A stretch of DNA of 55,727 bases from Clostridia bacterium (GTDB lineage Bacteria; Bacillota; Clostridia; Oscillospirales; CAG-272), in NCBI GenBank assembly GCA_017628755.1, contig JAGBYM010000095.1:1-55727 (forward strand), in the 5' to 3' direction. The notes beneath the pieces were generated by a model that had not been told where the DNA came from, did no database searches, and saw only the letters and a program-made list of their open reading frames with translations. Position 1 is the stretch's first letter, and the number at the start of each line of letters is the position of its first letter. Positions 16,688-25,641 of the stretch are shown here, piece after piece. The translations under genes were made by a program, and so were the position numbers.

Positions 16688-18703
16688 TTACTTTACGAAA
16701 ACTGCGTGGAAGCAGCCGGAATCGGAAGCCATGGGGCCAATGGTGGTAAATGTACCGTCAGCCTTGGTACCGAAGATGAAGGATCCACCCTCAACTGCGC
16801 CAACGAAGGTCTTGAGAGTTTCGTCATAGGTATAAACGGTGGAAGCAGCCGCATCAAACTTTGCATTGGTGTAGTTGCCGCTCTTGACCATGTTGATATA
16901 GGTCTTGGTGCCGTTTACCATGCAGTAGAAGTAATAACCGCCGGTGGTCTCCTCGATGAATACGTCAACAGATGCAGCCTTGTCCTCTGTGGTAGCCATA
17001 TAGTAGCCATCCATAGCGCCGGTGATGTAGAGGGTCTTCTTTGCGTTACCCTGAACAAAGCCGAACTTGTATGCAGTACCTACAACAGGCTTAACTGCAT
17101 CAAGAGTCTGCGCGGGAGCAGCGGGCTCGGTGGTTGCGCCGCCCTGACCCTTAACAAGCTCCTGGAGGCAAGCGTTCTTGAGCTGAGGACCGTTGTAGTT
17201 GGAAACTACGCTGAGAACGGTAATGGTATCGCCTGCTACGGGCTTGTCGGTAAGAGCGTCGTAACGAACTGCGCCGTCCTTGTCATAAAGACCGTAAATG
17301 TAGATCTTGTTACCTGCTTCGTCCTGAATATACAGGTTACCGTATGTGGTATTTGCAACCTCGGTAACGGTACCCTTGATGAGGTATTTCTCTGTGGTAG
17401 CGGTGTTGTGTGCGAGATTGTTACCGATTGTGAGAGCCTCGCTGATGGGGGTAGTACCGCTTACGGGCTTCTCAAGCTTCTGGAGAGCAGCGTTCTTGAG
17501 CTGGGGACCGTTGTAGTTGCAAACCTGGCTCATAACGGTGATGGTGTCGCCAACCTGGGGCTTATCGGTCATAGCATCGTAACGAACAGAACCGTCAGCG
17601 GAGTAGAGACCGTAAACGTAAAGGGTGTTGCCCTCAGAGTCCTTGATGTAGAGGTTACCGTACTGCTCGTTCTTGATCTCGGTAACTTCACCCTTAACGA
17701 GGTACTTCTCAACGGTGTTGGTATTGTGCTCGAGCTTTTCGCCGATAGCAAGGATGTCCTTGATAGCGGTGAGAGTTGTGGGATCCTTGGGAGCCTCATC
17801 GGGAACGAACGCGTCAGCAGCATCCTTGTTCATGAAGGATACTACGAACTGGCTGATGCCGGTGTTCTCGGGGGTGATGTAGGAGGACTCGGAGATGCAA
17901 GCGGTCTCATAGGAGCCGTATGTACCGAAAACGTAATCCGCGTTGTCACACTTGGTGAACCAAGCGTTTACGTTTGCCTGATAGGTGAATACGCTGGAGT
18001 TTTCTGCGCTGAAGCCAACGTACTTGCTGATCTTGCCATCTTCTGCGGTGGTGGTGTGAGCGTAAATGTAGGTCTTAACGCCGTTGATGGTGGTGTAGAT
18101 CTTTACGCCGCCGTCAGCCTTCTCAACCATGAACTCTGCTCCCTCTGCGGGAGTTGCGGAAGAGAGGATGAACTTGTTCTCGTTGTTCTGGGACTCGCTC
18201 TTGAGGAAGAGGGTCTTGCCTACGCTAGCCTGAACCATGAAGAGCTTGTAAACTTCGCCTTCCTGGGGATCGGTAACTGCAGCGGAGTTATCGTAAACGG
18301 GAAGGATTCTGCCGAAGCTCTTGGTCTCGGAGTTGCCTGCCGCATCCTTAACAGTAGCGGTGAGGGTGTAAGCGGTTTCAGCCTCGTTCTTGGAGGGAAG
18401 CTTTACGGTGTAGGTGCCGTTCTCTGCAACGATCTCGATGCCCTCGAGGTCAACGGTCCAGGTGATCTCGAACTTAACGTCGCCGATCGGAACCTGAGCG
18501 ATGAGGAGGTAGTCTGCGGGGGTCTTCTTGCCCTCGTCGGACTTGTACATGGAGTTGAGGTACTCAACCGCATCGGCAAGGGTAGCTGCCTCTTCTGCGG
18601 GATCGGTATTGGGTGTGGTCTCTTCGCCTTCATTGCCGGTGCAAGCTACGAAGGTAGCGCAAAGCATCGAAAGAAGGAGAAGGATAGCTAAAAACTTTTT
18701 CAT
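16688..18703 (-). CDS. Lipoprotein with an Ig-like domain, two beta-rich repeats and two tandem OB-fold-like repeats (putative nucleic-acid-binding)
   Basis: Lipobox FVAC; two ~106-aa repeats KY..KG.VTE..N..YGNLYI.D..GN..Y.YGLY...GDTITV.S.V.NYNGPQLKNA; RBS AAGGAG. Confidence 0.7.
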   Translation of the reverse strand: MKKFLAILLLLSMLCATFVACTGNEGEETTPNTDPAEEAATLADAVEYLNSMYKSDEGKKTPADYLLIAQVPIGDVKFEITWTVDLEGIEIVAENGTYTVKLPSKNEAETAYTLTATVKDAAGNSETKSFGRILPVYDNSAAVTDPQEGEVYKLFMVQASVGKTLFLKSESQNNENKFILSSATPAEGAEFMVEKADGGVKIYTTINGVKTYIYAHTTTAEDGKISKYVGFSAENSSVFTYQANVNAWFTKCDNADYVFGTYGSYETACISESSYITPENTGISQFVVSFMNKDAADAFVPDEAPKDPTTLTAIKDILAIGEKLEHNTNTVEKYLVKGEVTEIKNEQYGNLYIKDSEGNTLYVYGLYSADGSVRYDAMTDKPQVGDTITVMSQVCNYNGPQLKNAALQKLEKPVSGTTPISEALTIGNNLAHNTATTEKYLIKGTVTEVANTTYGNLYIQDEAGNKIYIYGLYDKDGAVRYDALTDKPVAGDTITVLSVVSNYNGPQLKNACLQELVKGQGGATTEPAAPAQTLDAVKPVVGTAYKFGFVQGNAKKTLYITGAMDGYYMATTEDKAASVDVFIEETTGGYYFYCMVNGTKTYINMVKSGNYTNAKFDAAASTVYTYDETLKTFVGAVEGGSFIFGTKADGTFTTIGPMASDSGCFHAVFVK

Positions 18704-18728
18704 GATAGCTCCTTAATTTTATGATTCA

Positions 18729-20108
18729 TTAATTAAATGTAATATCGTTCACGGAGAACACCTTAAGCTGATATTCGCCGTTAAACACGTCAACAACGCC
18801 GCGGGCGTCGATCTTGCTTCCGATGGGGAATGCATCGGCTGTGATCGTCTTTCCGCTTTCGTCCTTAAGGACGATCGTGCGGACTACGATCTCGGTGCCG
18901 TCCTCTGCTTCGCAGGTGATCGAAAGCGCGCCGTAGTTCGAGCTGTCCTCATTCGTGGTAGTATAGATGCTCTTGATGGTAAGACCCTTAAGAGTCGCTG
19001 TACCATGCATGGTGAGGAAGCCGCGGTCGAAGGTCTTTTCAACGATAGACTCGTTTTCGCCTTCAACTACAGTGATATTGAGTGTGACCTTCTCTGTGAG
19101 AAGATCCTTTGCCGAAACCTCGGTATAAGCACCCTCGTGACCCTGGCTGATAAGCTTGATATTCGACTCATCGTCGGGACGCATAGCGTTGTACTTGATA
19201 TCCGAGATCTGATATGTTCCGCCGGTCTCGTAATACTGTACCGAGCCGACTATGAGAACTCTGTTGCCGACTGTCAGTATTTCCTGACCGAAATAGTCGA
19301 GTGAGAAACCGTAGTAGACCTGGATTCCGAAGTAGAGTCCGGTCTCCTCGTCGTATTCCTCGACGTATGCGGTGTTACCCGAATTTCTTACAACAACACC
19401 CTCGAAGCCGACGCTCTTGTCCTTATAGGACTCGATATTGGTCTTGAGCTCCTTGAGTGTAAGCGGCATTGCCGCGCCATAGTAGAAATCGGGGTCCTTT
19501 TCCCTGGAATGAACGTGAAGCTTATGGGAGGAAGCCTGATAGAGGATCTGATTGCAGATATCAGCGTAGCTGGTATCCGAAATCTTGGATGCCACAGCGA
19601 GACCGTTCTGGAGGATCTCGAGGTTGAGACAACGGTAATCGGTCATCTCAGCGGTCTTGTACCATACCCAAACGAGGTATCTGTCGCCGGTGGAGTCGGG
19701 ATCCCATTTGTCGCTGTCGGATTCAAGGATGATGGAGGTCGCCTTCATAAGGGTTTCCTTAGTATAATTGGAAGCCTTTTTGCCCCAGGGCTCGATTTGA
19801 CCCGTGGACTCGGGGGTATTGATAGCAAGGTATCTTGCCTTGAGAAGTCCGGAGTCGATCACGGATGCGGGGACGTTGAAGTGGGTAGTGTCGCCGTCAA
19901 CGTAGGTCTTGACGGTTGCTTCGGTATGAACTCTGCCCGAGTTCGGATCAAACTTGAGGTTTGCCGCAAGATCAACGAACTCGCCGATCTCGCCCGAGCC
20001 TGCGGGAGTGCTTGTATCTTCCGCTTCGCCTCCGTCGCAGGCAACAAACGCGCCTGCGAGAAGAACGAGAGCGAGAAGGAGACTAAAGAGTCTTGAAAAC
20101 TTCTTCAT
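18729..20108 (-). CDS. Thermonuclease (SNase-fold) lipoprotein with C-terminal OB-fold-like domains
   Basis: Lipobox FVAC; VDGDT, ARYLAINTPES, DRYLVWVW, NLEILQNGLA match the staphylococcal nuclease motif order. Confidence 0.85.
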   Translation of the reverse strand: MKKFSRLFSLLLALVLLAGAFVACDGGEAEDTSTPAGSGEIGEFVDLAANLKFDPNSGRVHTEATVKTYVDGDTTHFNVPASVIDSGLLKARYLAINTPESTGQIEPWGKKASNYTKETLMKATSIILESDSDKWDPDSTGDRYLVWVWYKTAEMTDYRCLNLEILQNGLAVASKISDTSYADICNQILYQASSHKLHVHSREKDPDFYYGAAMPLTLKELKTNIESYKDKSVGFEGVVVRNSGNTAYVEEYDEETGLYFGIQVYYGFSLDYFGQEILTVGNRVLIVGSVQYYETGGTYQISDIKYNAMRPDDESNIKLISQGHEGAYTEVSAKDLLTEKVTLNITVVEGENESIVEKTFDRGFLTMHGTATLKGLTIKSIYTTTNEDSSNYGALSITCEAEDGTEIVVRTIVLKDESGKTITADAFPIGSKIDARGVVDVFNGEYQLKVFSVNDITFN

Positions 20109-20123
20109 TATTTCAATAATCAA

Positions 20124-21581
20124 TTAGTGAGCTGCGTATTCGCACTCGTAGATAGCTGCCTCAAAGAGTTCCTTGATCTTAGCGTCAACATCGGAACCGG
20201 TGTAAACGAGTGCGCTCTGCATAAGCTTACCTACCTCGTCACGTGCTGCGGAAGAACCGTTGAACGCGGGAGATACGAAGTATGCGTTGCTCTGGGAGAG
20301 AGCGAGCTTAACCGACAGTGCGGTAAGGTTGTTGATACCGTTAGCCTTATCGAGCCACTGCTGATATACAGTGTTCGACTGAACAGACTGGATAACGGGA
20401 GCATAACCCGATGCCATCGAGAATGCTGCCTGGAATTCAACGTTGGTGGTGAGGAACTTAACGAAGAGCCAGGATGCTACAACTTCCTGAGGATTGCTAT
20501 CCTTGAAGATGCAGAGGGAGGGACCCTGAGAAATTACCTTGGGAGCGTCGGGGTTAACCTGAGGAATGGTTGCCATATCGGTCTCAAAGAGAGCGTTGCC
20601 GTCAACCTGGGGAGGCTGCTGATAGCTTGCGCCACCGGTGGAACCGATTACCATATAGCACTTCTGACCCTCGGTAGCGGTAAAGAGACCGGAAGTATAA
20701 GAACCGTAGATCTCCTCGGTGGTTACCCATCCGTTCTGATGCCACTCGCGGAACATCTTAACGAAGCCTCGGTTAGTATCGTTATCGAACTTGAAGTGGC
20801 CGTTCTTATCAAGGCTGGTGTAATCGGAGCCGTACTGCTCGCACATGGTGATGAACCAGTTAGCCTCGGAGTCATAGCCGAGAGGTACGCAGTCGGGGTC
20901 GATAGCCTTGATCTGCTCGCAGAGCTTGCCCATCTCTTCCCAGGTCTTGGGAACAGAGAGACCGTTCTGCTCAAAGAAGGTCTTGTTGTAGTAGAGAGCC
21001 TCGGTGGACTTGGACATGGGGAGAGTGTACATAGTTCCCGCAGCGTCGAATGCGGTACCCTCAGCATAGTAGCCGGGGATGAAATCCGCGATCTGCTCAG
21101 CGGTGAAGCCGAGAGCGGAGGTGTTGCCGTTTGCATCGGTAACGGTGATGGTGCTCTCGATGAAGTTATCGAGCGGAACTACTGCCTTTGCTACGTTGTA
21201 AAGAGCAACGTGGTCGGGATAGCAGTATGCGATGTTAGGCTGGTTGCCTGCGGTGAGCGCGGTCTTGATCTGATCGCGTACGCCGTCGTAGTCACCCTGA
21301 GAAGAGTGCTCGATGGTGATGTTGGGGTAAAGCTTGTTGAACTCGGGGATATAGGTGTCGAGTACTGTCTGAAGCCTTGCGCCCATGGAGTGGTAGAAGG
21401 TGATGGTTACTTCGCTTCCGTCGTAGCCCTCTGCGGGTACGTCGTATCTGACCTTGTTTGCGCCGTTACCACCGTTTTCGCCTTCGTTGCCCGAATCACC
21501 GGTGTTGCCACAGCTTACCATTGCAACAGCACTTACGAGCATAGCGAGAACGAGGAGGAGCGAGATGATTCTCTTTTTCAT
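20124..21581 (-). CDS. ABC transporter substrate-binding lipoprotein (family 1, UgpB-like)
   Basis: Lipobox MVSC; ITFYHSM, YTLPMSKSTEALYYNK, PKTWEE, SWLFVKFLT, SGYAP. Confidence 0.88.
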   Translation of the reverse strand: MKKRIISLLLVLAMLVSAVAMVSCGNTGDSGNEGENGGNGANKVRYDVPAEGYDGSEVTITFYHSMGARLQTVLDTYIPEFNKLYPNITIEHSSQGDYDGVRDQIKTALTAGNQPNIAYCYPDHVALYNVAKAVVPLDNFIESTITVTDANGNTSALGFTAEQIADFIPGYYAEGTAFDAAGTMYTLPMSKSTEALYYNKTFFEQNGLSVPKTWEEMGKLCEQIKAIDPDCVPLGYDSEANWFITMCEQYGSDYTSLDKNGHFKFDNDTNRGFVKMFREWHQNGWVTTEEIYGSYTSGLFTATEGQKCYMVIGSTGGASYQQPPQVDGNALFETDMATIPQVNPDAPKVISQGPSLCIFKDSNPQEVVASWLFVKFLTTNVEFQAAFSMASGYAPVIQSVQSNTVYQQWLDKANGINNLTALSVKLALSQSNAYFVSPAFNGSSAARDEVGKLMQSALVYTGSDVDAKIKELFEAAIYECEYAAH

Positions 21582-21656
21582 TTCTGAAATCCTTTCAAAT
21601 TGTGTTTTATTTTGTTAAGCGGAGTTGGCGTTCCGCGTTTAACCTTGGTTAAATAA

Positions 21657-22550
21657 TTAACCCTTGATGCCGCTTCTCGATACGCCCTTCATAATATACT
21701 TACGAAGGAAGATGAATACGAGGAAGAGGGGGATCGATACGACGGTAACCGCCGCCATCTGAACGGGGATGTTCGCCTGACCCGACATATCGGTGAAGGC
21801 GTCACGGAGACCGTTTGTGATGAGTCGGTAATCGTCGGTAGAGGTAACAAGACGGGGCCAGACGTAGGAGTTCCATGCGCCCATCATCTTAAGAATGGTG
21901 ATCGAAATGAGGTTCGGGAGGGACAGCGGGATCATAACCTTCCAGAGATACTTCAGGTCAGTCGTGCCGTCAACCTTTGCGGCAAGATAGAGCTCGTTGG
22001 GAATCTGCAGGAAGTTCTGGCGGAGCAGATAGATATAGAAAACGCTGACAAGGAAGGGTACGATAAGAACGGTATAGCTGTCAAGCCAACCGAACTTGGT
22101 TACTGTTACGTAGTTTGTGATCGTGAAGAGCTCACCGGGGATCATCATAGTTGCAAGAAGTGCCGCAAAGAGCGCGTTCTTGCCCTTGAACTCGAGTCTC
22201 GCAAATGCGAAAGCAGAGAGAACCGTGACAACGAGCGAGAGGATCGTGGATACGATACCAACGTAAACGGTGTTCATAAAGAGCTTACCGAGGTTTGCCG
22301 CGGTAAATGCTTCAAGGTAGTTGCCCCACATGATCTCCTGCGGGAAGAGAGTGGGAACGGGGAGACGGTATTCCGCGGTGTTCTTGAGGGATGAAATGAT
22401 CATCCAGTAGAAGGGGAATACGATGATCAGCGCCATTACAATGAGGAAGGCGTAAAGAAGGAACTGGACGAGGATCTTGGTGACCTTCTGCATCGCGGTT
22501 ACCTTCTGCATGTCTTTTTCATGCATAGTGGACATAAGTTTATCAGCCAT
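21657..22550 (-). CDS. CUT1 ABC permease (MalG/UgpE-like)
   Basis: PFYWMI, FAFARLEFKG, EAA-type loop ELYLAAKVDG, WNSYVWP. Confidence 0.92.
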   Translation of the reverse strand: MADKLMSTMHEKDMQKVTAMQKVTKILVQFLLYAFLIVMALIIVFPFYWMIISSLKNTAEYRLPVPTLFPQEIMWGNYLEAFTAANLGKLFMNTVYVGIVSTILSLVVTVLSAFAFARLEFKGKNALFAALLATMMIPGELFTITNYVTVTKFGWLDSYTVLIVPFLVSVFYIYLLRQNFLQIPNELYLAAKVDGTTDLKYLWKVMIPLSLPNLISITILKMMGAWNSYVWPRLVTSTDDYRLITNGLRDAFTDMSGQANIPVQMAAVTVVSIPLFLVFIFLRKYIMKGVSRSGIKG

Positions 22551-22562
22551 GGTGCACCTCCA

Positions 22563-23507
22563 TTAATAATGGGTCTTCTTCTTGCTGACGTACATATTTA
22601 TCATGGTAACGACAAATATGATAGCAAAAAGAATGAGAGCGGCAGCGGATGCGTCACCTTCATGGTTAGCGCCGAGCTGCTTGTAGATGTAACCTACCAT
22701 GGTGTTGAGCGATTCGCCTCCGACCGCCTGCATATCGTCGCCGAAGATACCGACGATGCTGGAGTATTCCTTGAATCCTCCGATAAAGCCGGTGATAACA
22801 ACGTACGCGATCATGGGAGAAAGAAGCGGAACCGTGATCTTTGTGAATACACGGAGACGGGGTGTCGAGTCGATCTTTGCGGCATCGTAATACTGCTTGT
22901 TTACGCTCTGAAGACCGCCAAGAAGGATCAGGATCTTGAAGGGCAGCGCGTTCCATACGATATAAACGGTAAGAACCGCGATGTTTGCCCAATAGCTCGA
23001 GCCCGCGTTGATCCAGTTGACGGGATCCATACCGAAAACGCCGAGAATGTTATTGATAATACCGTAGGAGGGCATAGTTGTGCCGAAGCCGACGATATTG
23101 AACATAGCCTCGAATACCATTCCGATAGCGATCGAGTTGGTTACGTAGGGAAGGAAGAAGATAGTCTGAAGGAATCTTTGGAAGGGCTTGATAGCGTTCA
23201 GACAAACCGCTATGACAAGCGCGAGGATCGTAGAGATCGGAACAGTAAGGACTGTCAGAAGCATGGTGTTCTTAAGGCAGGTGATGAATCCGCCGTAGCC
23301 GACAACCCACTTGAAGTTCTTGATACCGAACTCAAAGGTAAGTTCGCCGCCAAGCTCCTTGAAAAGTCCGTAGCCGTTCCAGAACGCCATACGGAGCGTA
23401 TTGAATATCGGCCAGACTGTGAATATGAGCAAGAGAACAACGGCGGGCAAGAGATATATCCACGCCTTCCATTGATCAAACTTGATCTTTTGCAGGAAAT
23501 TTTTCAT
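22563..23507 (-). CDS. CUT1 ABC permease (MalF/UgpA-like)
   Basis: FFLPYV, YYDAAKIDS...F.KITVPLLSP. Confidence 0.92.
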   Translation of the reverse strand: MKNFLQKIKFDQWKAWIYLLPAVVLLLIFTVWPIFNTLRMAFWNGYGLFKELGGELTFEFGIKNFKWVVGYGGFITCLKNTMLLTVLTVPISTILALVIAVCLNAIKPFQRFLQTIFFLPYVTNSIAIGMVFEAMFNIVGFGTTMPSYGIINNILGVFGMDPVNWINAGSSYWANIAVLTVYIVWNALPFKILILLGGLQSVNKQYYDAAKIDSTPRLRVFTKITVPLLSPMIAYVVITGFIGGFKEYSSIVGIFGDDMQAVGGESLNTMVGYIYKQLGANHEGDASAAALILFAIIFVVTMINMYVSKKKTHY

Positions 23508-23518
23508 GAATTTTCACC

Positions 23519-24643
23519 TCAGATGCCGGTCTCGGGAGCGGTCTGATCGCCGAAATAGATTCTCTCCTCTGTCTGGGAGTCAAAGATGAATACCTTATGA
23601 GGCTTGAGGTTGAACTTTACGTTCTGCGCGGTTGCGGATACCTTATAATCGGCATCAACAATGGAACGGATGGTGGGAGTGAGCATAGCCTCATTCTTGG
23701 AAACGATGCTTACGTCGCGTCCCATAACTTCGATAGAGGAAAGCTCGCAGGTCATAGCGCCGTTCTCATCGGGAATGAAGCCCTCGGGTCTGATTGCGGC
23801 GAATACGTCGCGGTCAGCCACACCGGGAACGTCGAGAACAGCCTCGCCGTTAATGTAAAGCTTGCCACCCTTAACGTTTGCCTTGAATACGTTTACGGGA
23901 GGAGTTCCAAGGAACTTTGCAACAAAGAGGTTTACGGGGTTATCGTAAACGGTCTGGGGCTTGCCAATCTGCTGAACAACGCCGAGCTTCATAACTACGA
24001 TAACGTCGGAAATGGACATTGCCTCTTCCTGGTCGTGGGTTACGAAGATGGTGGTGATACCGGTCTCGCGCTGAATGCGGCGGATCTCCTCACGGGTCTG
24101 GAGACGCAGACGCGCGTCAAGGTTCGAAAGCGGCTCGTCAAGGAGAAGCACGCGGGGCATCTTTACAAGTGCGCGCGCGATGGCAACTCTCTGCTGCTGA
24201 CCGCCCGAAAGCTCGCTCGGCTTACGGTCCATGAGATTATCAATCTGTACGAGTCTTGCCGCCTCGAGTGCACGCTCGAGCATGGTGTTCTTGTCAAGCT
24301 TATCAGCGCCCTTCAGGTTCTGAAGGGGGAAGAGGATGTTCTGCTTAACAGTCATGTGAGGATAGAGAGCATAGTTCTGGAATACCAAACCAACGCCTCT
24401 GTTTTCGGGGGAAAGGGAGGTAACGTCGTCTTCACCGAAGAAGATCTGTCCGCCGGTGGGCTTCTGAAGTCCGCTTATCATGTAAAGAGTGGTACTCTTA
24501 CCGCAACCGGAGGGGCCGAGAAGACCGACAAGCTTACCGTCGGGGATGGTGAAGGTGAGATCGCTTACTGCAACGACCTCTTCATTGGACTTTTTGTTTC
24601 GACTCGGGAAAACCTTAGTCAGATTCTGCAAAACGATTTTCAT
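23519..24643 (-). CDS. CUT1 ABC ATP-binding subunit (MalK/UgpC-like)
   Basis: Walker A GPSGCGKST, VFQNYALYPH, LSGGQQQR, LLLDEPLSNLD, VTHDQEEA. Confidence 0.95.
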   Translation of the reverse strand: MKIVLQNLTKVFPSRNKKSNEEVVAVSDLTFTIPDGKLVGLLGPSGCGKSTTLYMISGLQKPTGGQIFFGEDDVTSLSPENRGVGLVFQNYALYPHMTVKQNILFPLQNLKGADKLDKNTMLERALEAARLVQIDNLMDRKPSELSGGQQQRVAIARALVKMPRVLLLDEPLSNLDARLRLQTREEIRRIQRETGITTIFVTHDQEEAMSISDVIVVMKLGVVQQIGKPQTVYDNPVNLFVAKFLGTPPVNVFKANVKGGKLYINGEAVLDVPGVADRDVFAAIRPEGFIPDENGAMTCELSSIEVMGRDVSIVSKNEAMLTPTIRSIVDADYKVSATAQNVKFNLKPHKVFIFDSQTEERIYFGDQTAPETGI

Positions 24644-24689
24644 GATCTTGTAGCATCCTTTTTTATATTTGCATTAAAATTTTTCAGAT

Positions 24690-25457
24690 TCACGGGATAT
24701 AGCTGTCTTTTGCGGCATTTTCCGCGTGGAGTTTATTTTTATAAGCGAGAAGTTCTTCCGCGCTTTCAAAAATCATCTGTGAGTGAATGTCAACGGCAAC
24801 TGTTGCCGCCATCATATCGTGAATAGCCGAATTGGTTTTCGAGGTTGTGATAAGCGCGATCTGCAATACCGCCATACCGACGAGTATCACAGTACCCGTC
24901 ATACCGAGGCTTCCGAAGATTATCATTATCATAATGTAAGCCGGAACCATCGTTTCGACGGTGCATTTTCCGAGAACGGTACGGACAAAGAGCATGAGAT
25001 TGGTTATCCTTACTCCATCCTGTCTCATCAAAGCGATACCGAATACCTTCTTGCCGACGGTCTGACCGTTCTTAAGTATTATCGGAACTATAAATTCGAG
25101 CAAAAGATAGCCGACAAGGATAGATACCGAAGCTATGACGAGAGCAAGGTTGACCGACATATTGTAAGCCTCAATGGCTTCCTCGTTTTCGTTCATCAGA
25201 CGGTTGACGTCCTCGTAAAGCTTCTGCTCTTCCCCGCTGAGGGCGGCAAACTCCTCCTGCGAGATATCAAAGTCGATACCGTATTCTGCTTCATAATCGG
25301 CATAAATATTTTCGAGCTTTTCGACGTATGCGTCATAGCCGAGCATAGCTGAAAGACCGAAAGCGGCGCCGGTTATCACAATCAGTAAAAGTATCACATC
25401 GAGTAAATAAGCCGAGATGCGTTTGAGCATCGGGGCTTTTTGCAAATCGTATATCAT
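24690..25457 (-). CDS. RDD family membrane protein
   Basis: KRISAYLLD, GQTVGKK, R.V, IHDMMAAT; ATG at 25457 with GAGG RBS. Confidence 0.85.
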   Translation of the reverse strand: MIYDLQKAPMLKRISAYLLDVILLLIVITGAAFGLSAMLGYDAYVEKLENIYADYEAEYGIDFDISQEEFAALSGEEQKLYEDVNRLMNENEEAIEAYNMSVNLALVIASVSILVGYLLLEFIVPIILKNGQTVGKKVFGIALMRQDGVRITNLMLFVRTVLGKCTVETMVPAYIMIMIIFGSLGMTGTVILVGMAVLQIALITTSKTNSAIHDMMAATVAVDIHSQMIFESAEELLAYKNKLHAENAAKDSYIP

Positions 25458-25641
25458 TGTTATCCTCTCGATCAGGGCAATAAGCCCACATAAAACCATT
25501 ATATATTATAATATATTTATAGACAAAAATCAACACATTTCACACATTATTAATATTTTTTATACCGATATTCCATTCTTACTTGAAAAAGCGATGGAAC
25601 TGTGATATAATGTAATAAAATTTCGAAAAGGACAGATATTC

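Noticed and set aside
16682-18691. Long antisense ORFs (also 20127-21587, 23597-24826, 12032-12976, 13648-14586, 50555-51106 and others)
   Set aside because: They mirror well-supported genes on the opposite strand, lack RBS and family motifs, and are expected shadows of strong codon bias.
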